Translations under genes and position numbers: made by a program
Part shown: piece by piece, positions 24,250 to 36,804 of the stretch
Numbering within the stretch: position 1 is the first letter of the stretch
How the letters are laid out: each line of letters opens with the position of its first letter
The notes under the pieces: generated by a model
Database searches by the model: none
What the model saw: the letters and a program-made list of their open reading frames with translations, nothing else
Told to the model about the DNA's origin: nothing
Source: Octopus bimaculoides
Taxonomy: Eukaryota
Length of the DNA: 64,000 nt
Assembly: GCF_001194135.2 (NCBI RefSeq)
Contig: NC_068992.1
Span: forward strand, 52,055,551-52,119,550
Reading direction: 5' to 3'

Positions 24250-24892
24250 TATTCTTTTATTTGTTTCGGTCATTTTAAGCTGAGCAATTACTCTAGCAGC
24301 CCCTTTCGCTGAACTGCTAAGTTTGGGGGAGATAAACGCACGAACATCTGTTATCAAGCAATGGTGGAGGAACACACAAATATAAAGACAAACACACATG
24401 AATATATGCACACATACATACATACATANNNNNNNNNNNNNNNNNNNNNNNNNNNNNNNNNNNNNNNNNNNNNNNNNNNNNNNNNNNNNNNNNNNNNNNN
24501 NNNNNNNNNNNNNNNNNNNNNNNNNNNNNNNNNNNNNNNNNNNNNNNNNNNNNNNNNNNNNNNNNNNNNNNNNNNNNNNNNNNNNNNNNNNNNNNNNNNN
24601 NNNNNNNNNNNNNNNNNNNNNNNNNNNNNNNNNNNNNNNNNNNNNNNNNNNNNNNNNNNNNNNNNNNNNNNNNNNNNNNNNNNNNNNNNNNNNNNNNNNN
24701 NNNNNNNNNNNNNNNNNNTATATTTACATACACAATGGGTTTCTTTCAGTTTCCCTCTACCAAATCCATTCACAAGGTTTTGGTTGATCTGAAACTATAG
24801 TAGGAGACATGTGCCGAAGTTGCCATGCAGTGGGTCTGAACCCAGAACTATGTGGTTGGGAAGCAAGCTTCTTGCCACTCAGCCATGCTTCT
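24250..24892 (-). mobile_element. Family B SINE spanning gap 24429-24718
   Basis: The tail half lies before the gap and the head half (gggtttctttcagtttccctctaccaaatcc...gcagtgggtctgaacccagaac) after it. The gap sits in the internal microsatellite. Confidence 0.8.
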
Positions 24893-25731
24893 CTTAGTTT
24901 TAACCAAACAAATCCTCACACAAGTGTTCGATTAACCAGAGGTTATATTAAGAGGCACTTGCTCAAGATGCCATACAGTGTGTCTGAGCCCCAAACCATG
25001 TGGCTTCTGACTGAGAAGCATTCTTCTTAATCACACAACAATGGGTGCACCTGGATTAAAAAAATGATGCTGATTGCACTTTCACCAATAAATCGTTGAA
25101 ACTTCAAGGAAAGCAATCTCTACTACAAAGAACTGAGTCTCACACAAACAGCTAATACTTTATTCTATCAGCTGGTAATTGATTCAATATCCTTTTTTAT
25201 GACTGATATTTCCAAACTCAACAAGCCTAGAATCAAAAAGCTATGCCATCCTAAAGCTATTAGCTTTCAGCTAAAATTCTTCATAGCAAGCCAATAGAAA
25301 ATCTATACCTTTGCAAATAATCACACTACTCTTTTATGCTATTTGGCCAATTCTCCATACACTATTAAAGAAAAAAGATACAAAGAAAAAACCCAATAAT
25401 GATCAATCTCTGTTTTTCAAGCATCTACACCAATATACCAAACTTGATTTGCTCCCAAAACTGCTACAAACATGTGAATTAAAAATCCTTATTGTAATCA
25501 AACTGTCCACATCTATGTATTATTAATATCTAAGGTGTATACTCTGATTTAAATACACATGTTAAAGGTCAGTATCTTTCCGGAAATTCATATGTTTTAA
25601 TTAAATGATATTTAAACAAAGACATAACACTATTTTTAATGAAGGTCTCTCTCTCTTCTGTCTGGCTGCTTCAATATAGTAGTTATCCAGTAATTAGCAG
25701 AAACGTTAGTGTCCTGAAAGAAATGCCTTGA

Positions 25732-25957
25732 AGGCGGCGAGCTGGCAGAGTCATTAGCATGTTGGGCGAAATGCTTAGCGGTATTTCGTCTGCCGTTACG
25801 TTCTGAGTTCAAATTTCGCTAAGGTCGACTTTGCCTTTCATCCTTTCGGGGTCGATAAATCAAGTACCAGTTACGCACTGGGGTCGATGTAATTGACTTA
25901 ATCCATTTGTTTGTCCCCTCTATGTTTAGCCCCTTGTGGACAATAAAGAAATAAGAA
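25732..25957 (+). mobile_element. Family C SINE, best-preserved copy
   Basis: aggcggcgagctggcagagtcattagcatgttgggcgaaatgcttagcggtatttcgtctgccgttacgttctgagttcaaatttcgct...gtttagccccttgtggacaataaagaaataag. Confidence 0.9.
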
Positions 25958-26394
25958 ATGCCATGAAGAATGTCAGTGTGTCTAAAAAGGTTTTTTCAAA
26001 TCTTGTTGAGGTCAATTTTGACTTTCATTTATCTGAGGTAGATGAAATAATGTACTGCATGCAGTCATGGTTCTTTGGTGAACATGTTCACTTTGTGACT
26101 TTGTTGTATACTCACTGTGCCATACCTCAGTGCCCAAAGTTGAGTAAGAAAGGATAAACAGAAACTGTACCAGATACCATATGTGTGTGTGTGTGTATCT
26201 TTCAGCAATGTATCTTGATGGAGAAAAAACCCAGTGGTTTGCAAATGAAGTCTTTTGTAAGAATAAAGTCTGTGGCACCAACATTAGATCAAACTTTGAC
26301 ATTGCAATTGCATTAAGTAGAGTGAATCAGAGACTGGCACATTCAAAACATTCAAAGAATGGTATTATTCATCACTAATTGTTATACTGGTTTA

Positions 26395-26595
26395 AAATGT
26401 TGGCACAAGGCCAGCAATTTCGGGTGAGTGGGTAAGTCAATTACATCAACCCCAGTGTTCAACTGATACTTATTTTATCACCCCTGAAAGAATGAAAGCC
26501 GAAATCAACCTTGGCAGAATTTGAACTCGCAATGTAAAGATGGATGAAATGTTGCTAAGCATTCTGCATCGGTGTGCTATCAATTCTGTCTGTTA
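26395..26595 (-). mobile_element. Family C SINE (antisense)
   Basis: ttggcacaaggccagcaatttcgggtgagtgggtaagtcaattacatcaaccccag...gaatttgaactcgc. Confidence 0.85.
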
Positions 26596-28543
26596 ACCAC
26601 CTTAAAAACATCAGTTTAATAGCACCAAAGATTTTTGAATTTTTAAGTATATTAAAAGCTAATTGAAATAAAGGATGTGCGTTTTAATAGAGATATGTTA
26701 TTAAAAGGGTTAATTGCATTTCAAGGTAAAGAATTTTACAATAAAATTCCAATCCAATATATATAGTTAAATATCCTTTTTTATTAAAAAAAATTCTATG
26801 ATAGACATTGCTTTTGAAATGTGAGAAATATATGACTTAAACCTGATGTTGAAAGATAAAAATATTTATCGATAATAGTACTATTATGTACTTATTGATA
26901 ATTGTACTATTATGTACTCTATACTTCTCATGAAAAAGATTTTTAAAGATATGTTTCATAAAGAAATAATTTAAGAAGAATTTGATATTCTGTCAGAATG
27001 ATGGAACTATCTGTGTAAATATTATGTCTATGTGATTTAAAAATTAGTCTCCTACTCATGTAGTTTATGTTTAGTCCCATGACATGGCATCTTGTGTAAG
27101 CGTTGTCTCTTATGTCTCAGGGCTTTGCAAAACTTTGAGTGTGGACTTGGGAAATGAAAACTAAAAGAACCTTGTCATATATGAGTGTGAGTATGTGTGA
27201 GTGAGTGTATGTGTGTGTTTGAACATGTGAATGTGTGTGTTTTTAAATTGTTTCAGTCATTATTCTATCAGTCATTTTTGCCAAACCACTAAGTTACAGG
27301 GATGTAAACTCATCAACACCAGATGTCAAGTGATAGTGGTGGTGGTGTTTCTTACCACACAGCCATGCCTGTATCTACATCAATCACAATAAAAAGCAAT
27401 GTAACAATTATACACACCTATATTTCCATTCTTAGGAAAATATTTGGCTTGGAAACAAAGCATGGACATCTTGCTACAGAACATCTGTTCCTTCAAATTC
27501 TATGTGACCCATGGAAGCAAAAAAAATATGATGCTAAAATATTGACAACGATGATGATGACGATGACGACAATGACGATGACAGCGACGACGATGAAGAT
27601 GATGATGATGACAAAAATGACAATGGTGATGATGGTGATGTGAAATACTATTGGAAATTATGACTTCTGTTGACATCATTAATGCGTCTTGAACATACAT
27701 TTATATTTTTCTAAAATTTTTCTCTTTCACATCTTAGTAATAGTACTACCATCCTTTTGTTTCACAGCAATATAGAAATATAAAGATAATAAAAGCAATT
27801 ACAACTAGACAGCTGATGAGTATGGTGAAAAGACATTGAACAAAAAAGAAACAGAAAAATCGTATTGATAATGATAAATGAAACAGTCAAAATGAACAGA
27901 ACATAATTTAGTAACTATTGAAAGGAAATATAATTTAAAAAAAAATAATTAAACAATGAAGTGAAGAGTTAATAATATTATAATACATTCTTGTTTGTGA
28001 AATATGGAACAGACAAATTCTTAACCATAAAATGTTCGATACTAAGCATTAATTCTACATTAAATGACCATTGAATTTTGTCATCATACAAGATCAGTAG
28101 TAAGTATATATTTTAAAATAATGAAGCATACATAGTTACGTAAAAAAGAAAAAAAGAAGTATATTCTTAGTAAACACAAAGGAATAACTGTTACAGTAAA
28201 TTAAATGGGAGAAAGGTTGATTATTACATGCAGCTAGTTTAATGTGTCTCCATATTCTTTACAATACATTTCTCTGATGGTAATGTGCCTCTAAGGCTGA
28301 ATAAAATACAGTAAAACTAGTTGAAACTTGTTATTTAGCCTCAACTGTTATTGTTGAATATCTACTGCAAAAAAAAAAAAAAAATGATGAAGAGATGTTG
28401 CATTTTTTAACTAGATAATTCATTATTTTAATAATCCTTTCTATTATGGGTACAAGGCCTGAAATTTTGTAAGAGGAGACTAGTCATCCATACATACATA
28501 TATACATATATATAAATTTATATATATATATATATATATATAT

Positions 28544-28890
28544 CGTTACCAGCATTGTCTTACTGGCACTTGTGCCAGTGGCATGTGAGCAAAACATTCG
28601 AGTGAGGTTGTTGCCAGTGCCGCTGGACTGACTCCCGTGGAGGTGGCACGTAAAAATACCATTTGAGCATGGCCGTTGCCAGTATTGCCAGACTGGCCCT
28701 CATGCCGGTGGCACGTAAAAAGCACCCACTACACTCTCGGAGTGGTTGGCATTAGGAAGGGCATCCAGCTGTAGAATCTCTGCCAGATCAGATTGGAGCC
28801 TGGTGCAGCCATCTGCTTCACCAGTCCTCAGTCAAATCGTCCAACCCATGCTAGCATGGAAAGCGGACGTTAAACAATGATGATGATTAT
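28544..28890 (+). mobile_element. Family A repeat, long well-preserved copy
   Basis: Repeated gccagtg/ggcacgtaaaa subunits, then cccactacactctcggagtggttggcattaggaagggcatccagctgtaga...gcatggaaagcggacgttaaacaatgatgat. Confidence 0.9.
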
Positions 28891-29037
28891 GATATATACA
28901 TATATATATACATAAATAGATAGATATATGAATATACATACACTTATATGTATGCATATTAATTAAATATATATTTTCGTCATACACACACAAATATATA
29001 TCCTATATATAGAGCTAAGTAGACAGACAGAGGGACG

Positions 29038-29148
<111 letters not shown>

Positions 29149-30099
29149 ATATCTCTACTTTTATTTTCTCTCTGGTTACCCAATAGGAGAGAAACTGAGA
29201 GATGTCAGAGGTTGTTAACTGCAGAAATTTAACACTTGATGACAATTCAATTAAAAGTAATGCAATGAATGATGGGATGTTAACACTGAAATCATTTTCT
29301 CTCTAAACCCAATCTATAATAACATCACATGATTGTACTGCTTGATGCTGTTCCACATATTTACTTTAACTGAAATATAAGAGATACAACAGGAATGTAT
29401 TGTGATAAATGAAACAGCAGAAAGGCAGTAATTTATGTTCATTTAACACTTATTAAAGTGGTTCTTAATGCAGCATAACTAACCATACTTGCTCTGTAGA
29501 GGGCTTCTGGATTCATTTAAGAAAATGCTGCTATATTTTGTTTATAATTCATGTCAATTTCTTAAAACTTTATCCCACTAGAAGTGGTGTTAGTTATAAC
29601 GTTCGCATAAATAAACATTATGTTGGATATGACTTGTTGGAAACCACTGAAATATTGCAATTAAATATATGACTAACGATAAATTTTAGAATGAAGCTGT
29701 TTAAGTAGTTGATGTGGCAGACTTCAAGCTGAGAGGTTAGCAAGTTTGTGTCTTTCTAATGGTAATATTTTATCTGACAGGAAGTGCAGTATTGTTGAAT
29801 GATTTAGGAAGTTTTGCAATGAAATTACAAGGTCTAGAGTTGATAAATATCACTATATGGTGTCTGGGGCAAATGTCATTTATTCTAACCTCAGATCAAC
29901 CCATACTGTGTGAGTGAAGAATGTATACTAGAAACTGTACCGAAGACTATTGTGTTGATTGCAGCTGTAATTCAAAAGGAAGGTATATCTTTGTCACAGA
30001 CAAAAGTCATCTGTCCCCTGCTCATTAACAACTATACTACAACATAAAGACAAGGAGGTACAAGCACACTTGCAGTTATATTCAACAAATATACATATG

Positions 30100-30350
30100 C
30101 ATACAAATACATAATGTTATGATAGAGAAGGTGAATCACAAGGACCTTCTTGTGTGCACAGTTTGTGACAGACCATGCCTTTCTTTTGCTGGGCTCAAAT
30201 CTCATTTGCGAACCCATAAAAAACGAACCACTACCAACTATTCTGCTTAGATGTCCATGCACACCTTTCAATGCAATGTATGCCAGAAGGTCTACAAATC
30301 TATTAGAGGCCTCGAAAGACATTTTAAGATCCACAAAGATCAGAACTTAA
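30100..30350 (+). mobile_element. LINE C-terminal double C2H2 zinc-finger relic (RTE/CR1-group type)
   Basis: A frameshifted reading gives VCTVCDRPCL-FAGLKSHLRTHK, then FQCNVCQKVYKSIRGLERHFKIH, matching the CxxCxRxCxSxxGLxSHxRxH motif at the end of many LINE ORF2 proteins. One internal stop. Confidence 0.75.
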
Positions 30351-30359
30351 CTTTAACTC

Positions 30360-31410
30360 TTGCTATCTATAGCAGTTGATTATGGTGCTGCTATACCAGT
30401 CATTGGGTATGACTCCTTCATGATCTACCTAATTCACAATGCAGGTGACAAGACCATAACCCATACAGCCAAATACTTTAGGCATCTGAGTGGTGATACC
30501 TGGTGCTTTTCCGGTCTTCATATCTATAATTGCTTTATCTACCAGGGTACTGAACATTGGCAAACTCTTTTCTGCTATTCCCTTGGCTATACATACCTGT
30601 CTCCTAGCTTCCTTTTGGCTATCTGATACATTTTCCTGCTACCTCCACACTTCCAGGCCTTCCAAGCCTGCTTCTTTGCTCTAATGACCCTATTTACCAT
30701 ATTGTTCCACCACCATGTTACCCTAGGTCTAACTTTGCACCAGCCACAGATTTGGTCTGTGGCACTCAGCAAGCTGTCTCACAGGAATTCCTAGCTGCCT
30801 TCTATGTCACAGGACTGTAGCTCCTCCTCCCTATCATCAAATTTCTCAGTAAAGATATCCCTAAATCTCTGACCATGTGAAGGGTTCTTAAGCTTCCAAA
30901 TCCTTCTTTTCCAGACTTGTTTCCTTTTTGGCACCCTTCTGGCCTTGTGTCTAAAGTCACTAATAACTAGTCTATTCTGTGGAGCACATTCTTCACCAGG
31001 GAGGGTCTTTGTATTTAAGAGCAACTGTGTATCCCGCTGTCTGGTGAGAATGAAATCAATCTGGCTAGCAGAGTCACCTGATTGATAGGTTATCAGGTGA
31101 CTAGCTGGCTTCCTGAAGTTGGTGTTGCAGATCAATAAGTTATTTGCATCGCAAAACTCCAGGAGCCTAGTTCCCTCTTCATTTCTGGTAGCAACTCCAT
31201 GGCCTCCATGTACACCATGGAAAATACCAGGTTGCTGTCTAACATACCCATTAAAATCTGAGCCACAAAGATGAGATCATTGCCACTCGTCTTTGAGTTA
31301 GCCTGCAAAGGAATATCATAATATTGATCCAGCTGTTCATTGGTAGCCCCACTTGTGGTGCGTAGGCAGAGATAATTGTAGCTATACTATTTTGCATGAC
31401 AGCTATACCA
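30360..31410 (-). mobile_element. RTE-clade LINE internal fragment (AP endonuclease to RT start) with deletions
   Basis: Minus-strand pieces TIISAYAPQVGLP; ICNTNFRKPASHLITYQSGDSASQIDFIL...GEECAPQNRLVISDF; TWWWNNMVNRVIRAKKQAWKAWK; KAIIDMKTGKAPG; VIPNDWYSSTIINCY. Confidence 0.92.
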
Positions 31411-32286
31411 TTCTGAGTATATGTGTATGTGTGTGTGTGTGTATTTGATAAAAATGTCATATGAGAGAATTTTTGAAGAATTAGTTTTGTGACAATTTTT
31501 GATAAAGGATGAAAAAAAATATAAGTGATATGAAAATGATGCAAATTTATATGTAGTAAATATCATGGGAAATTATGACGTGTTGACATCAATATATTTC
31601 AAAGAAACATTAATATTTTGCTGAGTATAGTGTTGTGCATTCTCACTCACACACGTACACATACACATACATACTCACATGCACACACACAAGCACACAC
31701 AATTGTGCATATACACACATATACAGTTATATGATTAAGTAGATACAAAAATAGATAGACAGTCAGATAGATAAATGGATACGTATACTCTCAGTGTTTA
31801 GACATGTATGCATGTATATGTGTCTACACACAGACACAGACACACATGCACACACACACACGCACACATACATACACATGGTTCAAACTTGTACAAAAAA
31901 TGAAAAAACAAAAGATAGAGACGGGTGAAGGAACAACAAACAAAGTGCATTAGTTTGGTGCTCAGAAAAAATGGAAAAGTCTTTGATGTTTCGAGCTGAT
32001 GCTCTTGTACAGAAAGGAATGAGGAGAGAAAACAGATGGAGGGGAAAAAAAATAGTGAAGAGTTAAAAAAGATCATTGAGGTCAATGTAACCGATTTACC
32101 CACAAGGTCAGTAATTTCAGGGGAGAGTTAAGTCGATTACATTGACCTCAATGTTCAACTGGTACTTAATTTCTTGACCATGATATGATGAAAGGCAGAA
32201 ACGTTAAAGATGAGTGAATTTCAACTCAGATGAAATGCTGCCATGCATTTTGCCTGGCATGTTAGGGATCCTGGAAGATTACCCAC

Positions 32287-32317
<31 letters not shown>

Positions 32318-32472
32318 CATCATCATCATCATCATCATCTAACGTATGCTTTCCATGTTAGCATTGCAGAGATTCTAGCAATTGAACTCAGAATATAAAG
32401 TCGAACGAAATGTTGCTAAGCACTTTTCCCCAGCACAGTAACAATTCTGCAAGCTCACCTGATATATATATG

Positions 32473-32515
<43 letters not shown>

Positions 32516-32546
32516 ATATTAGGGACAAAATCCAAAATTATATATA

Positions 32547-32581
<35 letters not shown>

Positions 32582-33329
32582 CTGTAAAAATATGTGACAC
32601 TTATTCAGTAGCCATGATAAAACTCTGAGTTTCAGATGCCAGGGTGGATATCATGCTACAAGAAATATAAACAACGAATATAATTTAAAACAAATGAAGA
32701 TTGAAAATCATGTTAAGGTCTTTCTTCTTAAAAGTCTTGATTGCGTTTTTGCAGATGTGCAGACTGCAGAATTCCACTCGTGCTGTTATAATATTTATAG
32801 TCATATCAATACATCTATTTTATAACTGTTTATGTCTTTTGTTATAATGGACAAAAGAATTACCATTTTCTTTTCTTCTTAAAAGAATTGATAACCATGT
32901 AATGAGTGAGACGGAATCAGGTCCTTCTTGTCAATATGGAAGAGATGCTTATATGATATGAACTATCCTGAAGTACAGTGAATAAATAGATTATGTTATA
33001 TACCAAGAAACCATTATATCAACAATGAAATATATAATGGATATGTGGCAAATTCCTAGACACATTGACTAGAAGATAAACACGGAGAAAATACAATTAA
33101 GAATGCAATGAAGCTAGGATATTTTAAACAATTAAGATATCAAAGAAAAACATTGTTTGGCAGTTTGGAAGATGAAATTGTCAGAGATTGCACTGCTTGA
33201 ACACTAAGCCTTCCTACTTATGGCATTGCTGTTATCACCATGGTTACTTTTATAAAGTGTTTCATTGATGCAGAATGTAGCATGTAATGAAATCAGTTTT
33301 ACGTACTAGGTGGTATTTTTATTGTAGTT

Positions 33330-33805
33330 GCACACGATTTAGATGGATGCCAACAGCTCCATAAAGAATTGCTAATCTCTCAAAGTGGTTGGAACACATA
33401 GAAGAGGGTGACCCAGGAAGACATGGGACGAAATAATGAAGGACGACCTCACAATGATGAACCTTTCAGATAAGATGAGGAAGAACCAAGACACCTGGTA
33501 CCTTGCCATACTCAAGAAGGCCCATCCTACTATAGAAGTGTTAAAGCGCCCCCACCCTCACCAGTGAGGACGATTGACCTGCAGTAGTCCTGTGCTGGTG
33601 TCACATACAAGCGCTCATGCGGTACCATGTTGAAAGCAACTAGGACACACTGTAAAGTGGTTGGTTTTAGGAAGGGCATCCAGCCATAGAAAACTATGCC
33701 AGAACAGTCAGGGGCCTGATGCGGCTCTCCAGCTGGACAGCTCCACTCAAATCATCCAACCCATGCCAGCAAGTAAAAATGGACGTCAAAGGTTGATGAT
33801 GATAT
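33330..33805 (+). mobile_element. Degenerate RTE 3' end plus family A tail
   Basis: PRKTWDEIMKDDLTMMNLSDKMRKNQDTWYLAILKK, followed by ggttttaggaagggcatccagccatagaaac...aacccatgccagc...gatgatgat. Confidence 0.8.
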
Positions 33806-34039
33806 GTTACAAATTAATGACATAAATGTAAATGATATCTAGTATTGCATTCAGATATAAACTACTTATTAATGCCTACATTTGGCCTCACTAATTAGAT
33901 ATATGTAATTGTAATTGATTTTAATTATGGATGACCTTCCAGTTCCAATTAAAACTTAAAATTGAAGGCTATGATAATTATAATTACTCATACAAATCTT
34001 AGCTGACTACAATCCCGATAGATGACCATCAACTGCTAT

Positions 34040-34157
34040 CAGCTGAGAGGGAGTGAGAGAGAAAGAGGGAGAGGGAGAGAGAAATTGAGAGGGAGAGAGA
34101 GAGGAGAGGGAGGAAGAGAGAGAGGGAGAGAGAGAGAGGGAGAGAGAGAGAGAGGGC
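34040..34157. repeat. Polypurine (GA/GGA) tract
   Basis: About 115 bp almost exclusively G/A. Confidence 0.9.
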
Positions 34158-34494
34158 ATGGGTATGCCTATTTCATCCAATTTGAGACTGGCATGTTTCT
34201 GAATATGTTGAGCATCTACCTGGTAATTATGGCAGTTGCTAGCCATCATCCAGTTTTGGCAGTTCCAACCAGATTTAGTCAGTTCAGTTCATGTATTTGG
34301 TACCTTCTATCCCACTCATTAGCAAAAATGATAATATTGTTTTGAAGTGATGAAGTGACCCAATTAAATGACTTTTCAATAAAATATATACATTAGCAGG
34401 TGAGGTATGTTACCTCTAACAGTTGGCGAAATATAAGTTATACTTATATCTTAGCAAATGGGACTAGCAAAGCAAAGGTAAAAACTGCTATAAA

Positions 34495-34800
34495 GAAATA
34501 CATTCCAAGGTAGTGAGACATGGGTTCTGAATGCAGACGACATGCATAGATTAGAGAGGGACAAAGCTAGTATGCTGTGATGGATATGCAACATCAGCAT
34601 GCCTGTATGACAAAGTGCAAATGGGATGAGAGAAAAGTTGGGTATAAGAAGAATCAGATGCTGCATGGAAGAAAGAAGACTACATTGGTTTGGACATGTG
34701 ATGCATGTGAATTAGGACATCTGTATAAAGAAGTGTAATGAGGACCAATCTCAAAGTTGGATCTCATGGAAGTGATGACAAGGAACTGAGATGGTGATAC
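34495..34800 (+). mobile_element. RTE-clade RT C-terminal fragment, degenerate
   Basis: GSETWVLNADDMHRLERDKASML*WICNISM...MREKLGIRRIRCCMEERRLHWFGHVMH. Confidence 0.88.
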
Positions 34801-35324
34801 GTGGTCGTTGAGAAGATCTGCTCACTTCAGTGAAATTGAGTTCAGAAGTGCTGTGTGTTCCCACCCTAATGTAACATTACATTTTCCACACACCTTACCC
34901 CAATAGACCAAACTACATCTCTTTCTCACATTTCCTTTTTTCCATGCACTAAGCTTATCTCTCCCTATCCACTCCTGCAATCCAATTTTGTCCTTCCTGC
35001 CCTCTCAACTGTAATATTACTATCAAGTTGTCCCCACCCTCTATATACCCAGGTTTCACCAGTCACTCCATTCTGCCTCCTTCCCCACATTGTGAACTCC
35101 CTACTCATGCACCCTCAGCAATGTTCTAACACCTCATTTATATTTTCATCCCTGTACCTTGAGAGTATACCCTGGCACATCGCCACCTTCTTTCTTGCTT
35201 TCTTTCACCTCCACTCCCTTTCCCCCTCTCTGATTGGGGTAACCATGTATCTCCTATACAGCAAGACACCTGTTTGTGTCCCTCTTTCATACTCTAATCT
35301 TCCATTACCTGGCACAAAGCCACC

Positions 35325-35410
35325 TCTGCCAATGCCCCCTCCTCCAATACCCCCTCCTCCAATGCCCCTTCCCCCAATGCCCCCTCGTCCAATGCCCCCT
35401 CGTCCAATGC
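35325..35410. repeat. 15-bp C-rich minisatellite (ccaatgccccctcgt-like) running into gap 35411-35802
   Basis: About 5.5 visible units: ccaatgccccctcct, ccaataccccctcct, ccaatgccccttccc, ccaatgccccctcgt x2. Confidence 0.9.
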
Positions 35411-35802
35411 NNNNNNNNNNNNNNNNNNNNNNNNNNNNNNNNNNNNNNNNNNNNNNNNNNNNNNNNNNNNNNNNNNNNNNNNNNNNNNNNNNNNNNNNNN
35501 NNNNNNNNNNNNNNNNNNNNNNNNNNNNNNNNNNNNNNNNNNNNNNNNNNNNNNNNNNNNNNNNNNNNNNNNNNNNNNNNNNNNNNNNNNNNNNNNNNNN
35601 NNNNNNNNNNNNNNNNNNNNNNNNNNNNNNNNNNNNNNNNNNNNNNNNNNNNNNNNNNNNNNNNNNNNNNNNNNNNNNNNNNNNNNNNNNNNNNNNNNNN
35701 NNNNNNNNNNNNNNNNNNNNNNNNNNNNNNNNNNNNNNNNNNNNNNNNNNNNNNNNNNNNNNNNNNNNNNNNNNNNNNNNNNNNNNNNNNNNNNNNNNNN
35801 NN

Positions 35803-35838
<36 letters not shown>

Positions 35839-36720
35839 CTTCATACCATTTTTCTGATTCATGAAGAAGAGTTTATTTCTGAACAATGTAGAAAGTAAAA
35901 GAAGAAAATAATACAATATAAGATTGAAATGTGAGACCATGGCTGTACATTGTACACACATATATATACAAAATGAAATGAAGCTACGCTATAAATCTCA
36001 AGACTTCTCTGAGTCACTACAGAAGCCATTGATCTTCATGTAGTAAATTTACTTGTGACTATCTCTTTCCATAATACAGATAATAACCACAAATCATAGG
36101 AAAGATGAGAAAGTGCAGTGTGTTGTCTCAATGAAGAATCACACTTCTCCACACAACGTTTGCCAAAAGCTTACCAAAAACCATCATCTTGTGAACACAC
36201 ACACATACATTTCAGCACAATGGTAACAAAATGCTTTATTTCCTAGGTGGTAAATTATATTAATGTATAAAGTGTTAATAAAACAAAAACTCTCGTGGTA
36301 CAAACAAAAGTTCAACTGCATTTGAAGTGTGTACGGCTGTCCCAATTTCCTATCAGAAATACATTTTAGTGAGATTGCCAAAAAAAAACCAAAAAAAAAA
36401 AACCAAAAAAAAAGAAGAAAAAGAACAAAAAAAAAAAGAGACATCCATCGTATTATTTTTAAAAGATAAGAGAAATAGCACCACATATTGGCCAGAACAA
36501 TGCTAATATTTTCACGGATTTATTTTACAAATGAATTACAAAGGCAATGGTTTTGATCACATTTCTTTTGCCTCTGAAAAAAAATGCCCTTAGATCTACA
36601 TATGTTTTAAGGATATCTTTATCTATATAACCTTTTTATGCAGTGCATAGACATACATATGTGTAACAACAGCAATAAGTATATTGACGCTTATGGTATA
36701 TAATATATAAATATACATGC

Positions 36721-36804
<84 letters not shown>

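Noticed and set aside
25732-25810. SINE heads as tRNA genes (also 39860-39934)
   Set aside because: They have Pol III boxes but continue into SINE bodies and lack a proper acceptor stem.
35092-35410. Proline-rich ORF (formin/WASP-like appearance)
   Set aside because: The Pro-rich part is a 15-bp minisatellite, and the rest of the ORF has no recognisable domain.
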